A stretch of 64,000 nucleotides of DNA from Eledone cirrhosa (lineage: Eukaryota). The notes under the pieces were generated by a model. The model did no database searches, was not told the origin of the DNA, and saw only the letters and a list, made by a program, of their open reading frames with translations. The stretch's first letter is position 1. The number at the start of each line of letters is the position of its first letter. Below are positions 53,353 through 64,000 of this stretch, one piece after another. A program made the translations under genes and the position numbers. Location: contig OZ024742.1 of assembly GCA_964016885.1 (NCBI GenBank), forward strand, positions 55,676,001 through 55,740,000. Reading direction: 5' to 3'.

Positions 53353-56348
53353 TAAAAGGGGTTTGATTGGTGTTATGGACTCTACCAACCAAACATTCAA
53401 GAACAAAGAGTAAAGAGAGTAAAGAGCAAAATCAGTGGACAATAAGTCTAATTTTGGTGCGGGAGGGTGGTGTGTGGGTCCTTGTTTACTAGCTGTGGTC
53501 ATATTCATTCCCGGGATTCGAGTGGTTAGTGGAGCCATAGATGGGGTGGCATTGATAGTAGGGTCCAGAGGGTGTGCAGAGGCTACACACACACAAAGGG
53601 CATATAAAATATATATAACGGAGGAGAAAGTACATGAGGTAATTAGAAATGGAATAAGAATAATAATGATCTATAGTTAATAATGTATAATAAGGCTTAG
53701 GGAAGATTTCACTATAATAAGATATAAAAGTAAGAATAAAATAAAATATAAGGAGCATAAAAATGAAAATAAAAATAAAAATAAAAAATCAAAAAAATAT
53801 ATAAAAAATATATAGAGAATATATAAAAAATATAAGCAAGTATCAGAGAGGGAAAAACACAATGTAAAAAAAAACAGATTTTGTTAAATAAAAATATTAT
53901 AAATATGGGGAGAGATAACGGGAGAGAGAAATATAATCATAATGTGATTAGTTGAGAGAATATAAGATGATAATAAGTGTGTCAAGTGTATACATCTTAA
54001 TAATAAATAATATGTATACTAGAGTTACACATCTTTCAATTCACTTGCAAGTCCAACGCATAGGGCATAGTCCATCGCTCATCTGTGCGGTCGTGTGTGT
54101 TTGTGTTCGACCTCACAACAGATCCACAAGTTCGTATATTTCAATGCAAAGAGAATTCTATTTGTGCTTACCCGGTCATTGATGGAGCATCCAATATTCC
54201 TAGTTCGTTGCTGACCCAATATGTGTGTAGTGTCATTTTGGTCGCATAAATCAGTCTCTAGGTTCAATATTATGGAGAATGGTTTTCTGGTCTTCGATAA
54301 ATTATCAGTGGTTGTATTTCTCAAATCAAAAGGATCAGAGTACTCCGGTTTGGTTTGATTATCGGTCATCTAACTATGTTGTCGGTGGTTGGATTCAAAT
54401 CTATTGCCCAGAACGTAGAACTTTGGTGTTGATTGAACATTAACGAGGCAGAGTGAAATCGCATCTGTGGTAAATAACGGTACGCTAGGAAATTCTTCGT
54501 CTTCGTTTCATCCGGGTGTAGCAGTCACGTGCAAGAACTGCTACGTAGTAACTGTGAGGGCAAGCGGTCAAGATAGTAACTGACCGAAAATTCTCCTGGG
54601 AATTCGGTCAGGCATGACAGGTATATTTATGTCACCAGTTTCTTCGTGTGTAGTGTGTCCGATACACACAGACACATATTTATATGTATTTCAACGCGAA
54701 AGAAATTCAATTGATGCCCTTATTGATATTATATCTGATATTCCTAGATCTCTGTTGTTCCGATGTGCATGTTGTGATGTTTTGGTCGTGTTTACCAGTC
54801 ACTGTGTTTTGCCATGACCTTGGAGTGTGATGTTTTGGTCATCAATATTCCGGCAACCGCATTCTTCTCTTATATTGTGGAAAGTGGTGTTCTGGTCATC
54901 AGTACATCTGAACATCCACTCATGTAATAACACACTATACATTATATATTATGTATTTCGCTATGTGTCGCTGAAAGGTTACATGGAGGGAACTCTCGGA
55001 GAGAGAATTTTTCTCTGTAGAAGTCTTCTCTATATGCGGTGTTTAGCATGAATTCCTCCTATAATACTCTTCTTTGAGAGGAGCACGATATGTAAAGTAA
55101 CATACATGTATTGTCGCAGTGGAAACTGAGAACCACCTCCCCCCTGCTGACCCAAATGTGTACTGGTGACCAGGCCACTACTTTCCACAATATAAGAGAA
55201 GTATGCGGTTGCCGGAATATTGATGACCAAAACATCACACTCCAAGGTCATGGCAAAACACAGTGACTGGTAAACACGACCAAAACATCACAACATGGAC
55301 ATCGGAACACCAGAGATCTAGGAATATCAGATATAATATCAATAAGGGTATCAATTGAATTTCTTTCGCGTTGAAATACATATAAATATGTGCCTGTATG
55401 TATCGGACACACGTACACACGAAGAAACTGGTGACCTAAATGTACCTGTCATGCTTGACCGAATTCCCAGGAGAATTTTAGGTCAGTTGTTATCTTCACC
55501 GCCTGCCCTCACAGTTACTACGTAGCAGTTCTTGCACGTCACTCCTAGACCCGGATGAAACGAAGACGAAGAATTTCCTTGCGTAGCGTTATTTACCACA
55601 GATGCGATTTCACTCTGCCTCGTTAATGTTCAATCAACACCAAAGTTCTACGTTCTGGGCAATAGATTTGAATCCAACCACCGACAACATAGTTAGATGA
55701 CCGATAATCAAACCAAACCGGAGTACTCTGATCCTTGTGATTTGAGAAATACAACCACTGATAATGTATCGAAGACCGGAAAACCATACTCCATACATCT
55801 TATATTCTCTCAACTAATCACATTATGATTATATTTCTCTCTCCCGTTATCTCCCCCCATATTTATAATATTTTTATTTAGCAAAATCTGTTTTTTTTAC
55901 ATTGTGTTTTTCTCTCTCTGATACTTGCTTATATTTTTTATATATTCTCTATATATTTTTTATATATTTTTTAATTTTTTATTGTTATTTTAATTTCCAT
56001 TTTTATCCTACTTATATTTTATTTTATTCTTACTTTTATATCTTATTATAGTGAAATCTTCCCTATGCCTTATTATATATTATTAACTATAGATTATTAT
56101 TATTATTATTCCATTTCTAATTACCTCATGTACTTTCTCCTCCGTTATATATATATTATATGCCCTTTGTGTGTGTGTAGCCTCTGCACACCCTCTGCAC
56201 CCTACTATCAATGCCAGCCCATCTATGGCTCCACTAACCACTCGACTCCCGGGAATGAATATGACCACAGCTAGTAAACAAGTACCCACACCCCACCCTC
56301 CTGCACCAAAATTAGACTTATTGTCCCCCTGCTTTTGCTCTTTACTCT

Positions 56349-57517
56349 CTATAACAAGGCCCTAGCGGAATCTGGTTACGGGAATAGATTATCATATATA
56401 CATAAGGACTCCCAAACCACGAGTGTGAAACCTACTAACATAATCACACATAGTATGGCCACAAAGCCTAACCAACTTAGAGGCAGGAATAATAGTAAGA
56501 ACCCTAATGGCGGTAACCCAGCTAAATGTAAAACACGTAGAGACAATACTAGAGTCCCTCACCACAACTCTAAAGCAGAAAATGGTCATACCATGAATAT
56601 AAACCATCCGGACATAAGCAAAACAGACAGCGCCACTAACTTTAATAACGGAACCCTACAAAATAGTACGCACAGTAACGAGACTCACCCCACAGATATG
56701 AAAAGTAGCAGGAAAAACATGTATTTTAACCCACCTTTTAACTCTGAGGTCCGTACTAACCTCCCCAGAATATTCTTCTCATTATTAGAAAAAAACTTCC
56801 CCCCAAGCAATAGATATCACAACATAATTAACAAAAACGTGATTAAATATCCTATTAAATATCCTATTTGACCACATCTAACCTCGCATCACACCTAGCA
56901 CGCACGAACATTAGGAAGACTAGGGAAGGTATGGAAACAATTAAAATGACAGCTAACTACCAGCAACCGACTACACTGAGAAATAGGCAACATAATAGTA
57001 TCACTGAGCCATCTAATGGTATAGACGCACCTAGTGATAATGCTAGTAACCAATGTTCAGGAGGTACGCTAACTGATCGAACCCGCAGTTGCAATTGTAG
57101 GCTTAGAAGTAACTGTCTCCTAAGGGGGGTTTGCCTCATGAAAAACATCGTATATGCATGTGACGTAACCACACCCAACTCTACCAAAACATATATAGGA
57201 TCAACATCCAATACATTTAAAACTAGATATAATGCACATATGTACACATTTAGACACGGTAGACATAAGAATGCCACTTCACTGGCGGGATACATCTCCT
57301 TTTAAAAAAATAATAGTACCCCATACAAACTTTTTGGAGGAAGCTTATTAGATCCACACCATACCGACCGCAGAGCTGGAGTTGTGAACTGTGTTTACTA
57401 GAATGCCATGCCATAATACACTCTAAACTGAACCTGCTTAACAGGAAATCTGAAATGTTCTCCTCTTGCCAACACAAAATCCTGAAACCCTTCTTCTATT
57501 TTAAACCTAGCACATAG
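56349..57517 (+). pseudogene. PLE RT thumb/linker plus GIY-YIG endonuclease, frameshifted
   Basis: YNKALAESGY; YFNPPFNSEVRTNLPRIFF; RSCNCRLRSNCLLRGVCLMKNIVYACDV..KTYIGSTSNTFKTRYNAH; CELCLLE..LLNRKSEMFSSCQH. Paralogous to 35384-36860. Confidence 0.92.
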
Positions 57518-60145
57518 ACGTAACATATATTACGCAACCCCCAACTAGAATTACCCCTCCTTGACTATAACTCCCCCCCCCAAGCCATAACCCAAACAGA
57601 TAGGTAGCCTATAGGTGGAACAGTCCCCCATCGGGCTACAGCTTTGGGAGAATAGATTTTGGGACATGAGACGGTGTAGAGTAAATAGAATGCCATACTC
57701 TCATCTAGCTTACACCACTGCTGGATGGCATTTTATCTTAGCCCTCATCTTAAGTTGCGCTGCACGTCCGCCCCGTAATACTGCAAGCACCCCTGCGGCT
57801 CATTCACTTATTTATTTCTCTATGGATCCCCATAAATACGCCTATGTGGGTGCATGTCATCGAATATAGGTGTGTACATGTGTGTGGGCCTACGTGTGTG
57901 TGCGTTGGTCTGTCGAGGAACAAGGAGGCGCATGTATGTGCGTATATGTGTGCACTGGCCAGTACCGCGGCATGATCACATTCTGTGGATCCAATGTCAT
58001 ATGCCTTATATCTTGTGGGTAAACCTCTATCGCTATATTAACCCCTCAGGTTCCGTATATCTTAAATCTCGCTCACCCCCACGTGTCTGTGTATATGCAT
58101 GCGTGTCGTGGGGTAGTGATCTATATGTCTGGGTGTAGGTGAATGAGGGCTCGTGTGTGTGTGTGTGTGCGTGACTACATGTGTGTGTGCATGTGTGTGT
58201 ACACGCATGCATATGGGGGAACATCTACCCATGTGCTAGTGCACCCCAACCTCTGGTGCCTGTGTGTGTGTATGCATGCGTACATATATGGGTGTGTATG
58301 AGCGTGTGTATGTCTGCGCGCATAGCCATATATAACAATACACCCCAGCCTCTATCATCTTTGCGTGTGTATGCGTGTGCGTGTTTGTGTGCATGAATAT
58401 ATACATATATGAGTGTTTGAGTATGTGTGTCGCTGTCCATGTGTACACTTGAACAGATGCGGGAACGTATGCGGGTGTGCATTCATATACTAGTTCACCC
58501 CAACCTCCACCATAAAAGCAGGGCTTCTTCCTCCCTATTCCCTATTGCCTTTCTTGTATGATACAGGTGAACATCCACTCATGTAATAACACACTATATA
58601 TTATATATTATTTATTTCGCTATGTGTCGAATATAAGAGAAGAATGCGGTTGACGGAATATTGATGACCAAAACATAACACTCCAAGGTCATGGCAAAAC
58701 ACAGTGACTGGTAAACACGACCAAAACATCACAACATGCACATCGGAACAACAGAGATCTAGGAATATCAGATATAATATCAATAAGGGCATCAATTGAA
58801 TTTCTTTCGCGTTGAAATACATATAAATATGTGTCTGTGTGTATCGGACACACTACACACGAAGAAACTGGTGACCTAAATGTACCTGTCATGCCTGACC
58901 GAATTCCCAGGAGAATTTTCGGTCAGTTGCTATCTTGACCGCTTGCCCTCACAGTTACTACGTAGCAGTTCTTGCACGTAACTGCTAGATCCGGATGAAA
59001 CGAAGAAGAAGAATTTCCTAGCGTACCGTTATTTACCACAGATGCGATTTCACTTTGCCTCGTTAATGTTCAATCAACACCAAAGTTCTACGTTCTGGGC
59101 AATAGATTTGAATCCAACCACCGACAACATAGTTAGATGACCGATAATCAAACCAAACCGGAGTACTCTGATCCTTGTGATTTGAGAAATACAACCACTG
59201 ATATTGTAACGAAGACCAGAAAACCATACTCCATAATATTGAACCTAGTGACTGATTTATGCGACCAAAATGACACTACACACATATTGGGTCAGCAACG
59301 AACTAGGAATATTGGATGCTCCATCAATGACCGGGTAAGCACAAATAGAATTCTCTTTGCATTGAAATATACGAACTTGTGGATCTGTTGTGAGGTCGGA
59401 CACAAACACACACGACCGCACAGATGAGCGATGGACTATGCCCTATGCGTTGGACTTGCAAGTGCATTGAATGATGTGTAACTCTAGTATACATATTATT
59501 TATTATTAAGATGTATAAACTTGACACACTTATTATCATCTTATATTCTCTCAACTAATGATTATATTTCCCTCTCCCGTTATCTCCCCCCATATTTATA
59601 ATACTTTTATTTAACAAAATCTGTTTTTTTTACATTGTGTTTTTCCCTCTCTGATACTTGCTTATATTTTTTATATATTCTCTATATATTTTTTATATAT
59701 TTTTTTGATTTTTTATTTTTATTTTTATTTTCATTTTTATGCTCCTTATATTTTATTTTATTCTTACTTTTATATCTTATTATAGTGAAATCTTCCCTAA
59801 GCCTTATTATACATTATTAACTATAGATCATTATTATTCTTATTCCATTTCTAATTACCTCATGTACTTTCTCCTCCGTTATATATATTTTATATGCCCT
59901 TTGTGTGTGTGTAGCCTCTGCACACCCTCTGGACCCTACTATCAATGCCACCCCATCTATGGCTCCACTAACCACTCGAATCCCGGGAATGAATATGACC
60001 ACAGCTAGTAAACAATGACCCACACCCCACCCTCCCGCACCAAAATTAGACTTATTGTCCCCCTGCTTTTGCTCTTTACTCTCTTTACTCTTTGTTCTTG
60101 GATGTTTGGTTGGTAGAGTCCATAACACCAATCAAACCCCTTTTA

Positions 60146-60270
60146 TAACTCTGAAGAATCCTACGGTTACGTAAGGAAGAAACATTGTATGCCAATAAAG
60201 AATTTTTTGATGTTGTAGACGCTCTCCTGTACTTTATCATATATACGGCTCTGCTACAAAGCATTGAGCT
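60146..60270 (+). ncRNA. Hammerhead (60146-60194), AATAAA and bulged hairpin (60247-60270)
   Basis: CTGAAGA...GAAA-cattg-TA with weakened stem I; AATAAA at 60194-60199; gGCTC-tgct-acaa-agca-TT-GAGCt. Confidence 0.8.
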
Positions 60271-60335
60271 AATTATTATACTGCCAATACTTTAAGGGGA
60301 CACGGGTATACAATACCTAACTCCAATTAACCTAA

Positions 60336-60390
<55 letters not shown>

Positions 60391-60414
60391 AAAGGCTGCA
60401 GAGAGACCAGATTA

Positions 60415-60449
<35 letters not shown>

Positions 60450-60789
60450 CATGGGTGTGGGGTGTGGGGGGTTAAGTTCCATGACAATATAATACAGGTG
60501 AGACTCATAAATCAAAAATTTAATAACCTGTATTTTACTGTCATATTTTGCTTGTTTGTATATGAATGATTACAACATCTATGCTCCTGAAAACATGTAG
60601 AACCGAGGACGGGCGCCCAGTATATATGTTGTGGCACGGCGCCCTCCTGCATTGAAACGTTCGTAGATTGAAATCTCGTTGAAAATCTTAACTTGGGGAT
60701 ACATGAGATAAATAGATTGGTATTGCAGGAAACATATAGATAAACATGGCGAAAATATATATATATTTCTCCCGCCGCGTGTGTGTGTG

Positions 60790-60862
<73 letters not shown>

Positions 60863-60893
60863 TTATATATATATATATTTAGAGAGTGAGAGA

Positions 60894-60962
<69 letters not shown>

Positions 60963-61104
60963 AGAGAAACCATAACAGAAACACAAACCAGCTATCACAA
61001 TTTTAATTTTGAAAATCATTAATACTGTGAAACTAATAAAATAAATAAATAAATTTACTTAAAAGACTCCAGTTGCATTATCAATTTATTTTCCTATATA
61101 TAGA

Positions 61105-61945
61105 GAGCGAGAATATGACTGGCTGTGTAGTTGCTAATTAAGGTACCTTAAAATGGAGTGAGAATAAGAAGAAAGCAAGAACGAGGGGGGTGGGAGTTTC
61201 CTCATCAGTTGTTTACTGGGGGTCTCAGATATTTCCACGCTTTAAAGCAAGATATCTATCGGCCAGAGCGTTCAATAACTCGATCAGTTATTGAGAAAAC
61301 GGAGGAGGAGGGAAGGAAAATAGAAGGCAAAAGGTAAGAAAAGAGAAAACAGTACAAAGAAAACAACAATAAACCGAGCAATGTGCGAGCAACTTAAGGT
61401 AAGAAAATCCAAGACAACAGCGATAAGAGAACTTAAGTTCAAGAGCGTGTGGGCAAGCGAAAAGACACGTCTGGCCCAAGCGAGTGTAGGTGAGAAAAGG
61501 ACTGCTAGAGGGCCAGTCGAGTGAAACTATCTACTCTTACCCCTCTTTCTTCCTCTCCCTTTCTCCCTCTCACTTTCACTCATCCTCTCTCTGCCTGCCA
61601 CATCATTGTTTCCCTCGCCTGACCCCCTAGCAATCCTTCTCTCACTTAGACTTGCTGGGGTCAGCCGTGTCTTTTCACTCGCCCACACGCTCTTGAACTT
61701 AAGTTCTCTCATCGCTGTGGTCTTGGATTTTCTTACCTTAAGTTGCTCGCACATTACTCAGTTTGCTGGGTTTTTTTTCGCTGTTTTCTCTTTTCTTCCC
61801 TTGTCTCTTCTATTTTCCTACTTACCCAGTTATTGAACGTTCTGGGTGGTAGATATCTTGTCTTTAAAGCGTATAAATATCCGAGACGCCCAGTAGACAA
61901 CTGATGAGGACTTTCTTGCTTTCTTCTTATTCTTATTCATGACCG
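61105..61945. mobile_element. Diverged fold-back element (arms about 61164-61527 and 61608-61930) related to 29733-30443
   Basis: Inverted arms; TC-ttgtct-ttaaagcg...agacaa-CTGATGA-ggac; shares the tgacc...ttctctcac...ctcg...gaacttaagttc module. Confidence 0.8.
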
Positions 61946-62603
61946 CCTTATCATAAAACCTAGGCAGGGTGTTTTTTGCCAATGACTGACAGTCGCACAA
62001 GCATGTCGGTCCCTCCCCGACAGGAAACACGTTTTGTCTAAGGATATGTACTCTTTGACATTGCTAGGCACAAATATCGTCGCAAGTGATTTATTTCCAG
62101 TTGGGTGGACTAAATTGACGCGAAAGAAAGTGATATCCTTAAGGAAACATTGAGCCTTTATATTTGTCATCGAAAGATAATAACTCTTACTATCAAGAGG
62201 TATGCAAGGACGCGTTTAAACAAATAATACATTTTGGCTAAAACATTGCACAAAGATTTTGTATATTTATTTTGCATCTGGAACCATCCTTCATGATAGA
62301 TTTACCTACACCAATTCACCTCACGTTCTTTTTCCCAGTGGGAATTAACATAATGAGCTCAGGTTTCGATATATAAGCTAATATATATGACATTTACATT
62401 TTAAGTCAACATACTAATGTAGGTATTAATTTACGATTAAATAGACCAATCATAGATTTGGAATCCCTTGTATAATACAGCGGCTGGAAAACTAATCATA
62501 TTTATTCAATAAGAATATAATTCATTTCCTAAGAGAGAATCTTTAGCAGATTCATATTAAGAGAAAAGCATATTACATCATTACGAAGGTAATGGTTTAA
62601 AGA

Positions 62604-62967
<364 letters not shown>

Positions 62968-63071
62968 TGATGAATCGAATACGTTATTAATAAATGAAAC
63001 AGAGTCTAGCAAAGTTTACGTAAATCCATAATCAAATTAATATCTCATATTTTTCTTTGAAAACATACGGA

Positions 63072-63165
<94 letters not shown>

Positions 63166-63169
<4 letters not shown>

Positions 63170-63420
63170 GGAGGTGAGTTTTATTGTAGCAGCACAATAA
63201 AGTAATGCAAATATCTATTAAGTAACACTCTACAGTTTGTAGGACTGGAGTATAAATAATATAAGATCAATGGTTTAAAGAGTTCCAAGTATTTTATTAT
63301 GCGTATTTCAAAAACAAATATCATCATGGGATGATATCTGCATTCTCATCAGATACAATAAGGCTACATGATATGAAGCTTAAAAAACACTTGTGAATAG
63401 TGGAGTTTTACATCAACATA
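63166..63420 (-). mobile_element. PLE end, family C, with hammerhead 63292-63358 and bulged hairpin 63226-63252
   Basis: ttgtat-CTGATGA-[36 nt]-GAAA-tacgca-TA-ataaaa; tACTC-cagt-cctacaa-actg-TA-GAGTg. Confidence 0.85.
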
Positions 63421-63439
63421 TGAAAAATAATTTAAGATT

Positions 63440-63901
63440 GATGTATGAGATTTGGAAAAAGTGAGGGGGGGGTAGGAATTGTAATTGCTCTGTTAGAACT
63501 AAATGTCCTCTCAATAACCATTGTCTTGATAAAGTCTATGATTGTAAGGTTATATTTGATACCAATTCCTTTACCTATTTCGGTTCCACTTCCACCTCCT
63601 TCAAAGCTATATTTTATAATCACAATTCGTTTTTAAATACCAACTTAAAAGAACTAACACGGCACTCTTAGAACTCATATAGTCCTTGAAAGACAAAAAT
63701 ATTAACTATAACATCTCTTGGAGAAAAGTTTGTTCTGCCTCTCCCTACTTGAATGACTCCCTATCCAGAACATGTAATCTTTGCCTAGCTGGGAAATTTA
63801 CCATTATATCTAATTTCAATTCTATAATAAATAGACGCACGGATTTATTTTCTCTCTGCTTGCATAAATTACACAGAACATTCCATAAAGTATACAGCTA
63901 A
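63440..63901 (+). pseudogene. PLE GIY-YIG endonuclease remnant
   Basis: RNCNCSVRTKCPLNNHCLDKVYDCKV..TYFGSTSTSFK..NH; LKDKNINYNISWRKV..A.PY..TCNLCLAGKFTII..INRRTDLFSLCLH. Confidence 0.88.
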
Positions 63902-64000
63902 TATCTAATACCTTACTAGTTTAAAATCCTTTTTCTCAAACGCTTATATATCTTTTAAAAATATAACCATCTGTCTACCTTAATTCAATATTATCTATTA

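Larger units (their letters stand above)
53261..60337 (+). mobile_element. 7-kb composite Penelope-like insertion: inverted 3' copy (53261-54908), direct partial 3' copy (54909-56348), 5'-truncated ORF (56349-57517), long 3' UTR/pLTR (to 60238) and tail
   Basis: 53261-54870 is the reverse complement of about 58630-60238; 54909-56348 repeats 58568-60083 with indels. Both outer ends lie in (TA)n. Hammerheads at 53304-53352 (-) and 60146-60194 (+). Confidence 0.92.

Noticed and set aside
53350-60131. Near-identical 60-100 aa ORFs repeated in three places (e.g. MTDNQTKPEYSD)
   Set aside because: Similarity follows from recent duplication of the PLE 3' region; indels break them and no domain is recognisable.

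Overview
AT-rich eukaryotic DNA, intergenic or intronic, with many (TA)n/(CA)n/(GA)n microsatellites. The tRNA-derived SINE and repeat landscape resemble coleoid cephalopod (Octopus-like) genomes; this is inferred, not checked. No host protein-coding gene could be supported, and most ORF-track entries are microsatellite translations. Recognisable coding sequence is all decayed retrotransposon: a near full-length CR1-group LINE with CCCH fingers in ORF1 (18385-22865, -), RTE and R4/Dong-type fragments, and five Penelope-like element (PLE) RT/GIY-YIG remnants, plus SINEs and a piggyBac-type MITE. The main signal is a swarm of PLE 3' ends inserted into (TA)n tracts, often as fold-back inverted repeats. 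They carry about 25 intact or degenerate minimal hammerhead ribozyme motifs from many unrelated families, including a U3:A8 core variant and 60-100 nt stem II forms. Downstream of the ribozyme and AATAAA, unrelated families share a bulged hairpin (RCUC-stem-loop-stem-UN-GAGY, 11 copies) with A-U/G-C covariation, and one arm of many fold-backs ends just 5' of it. This hairpin is a candidate reverse-transcription initiation signal that I do not recognise as described. All structures were folded by eye; no activity is demonstrated.
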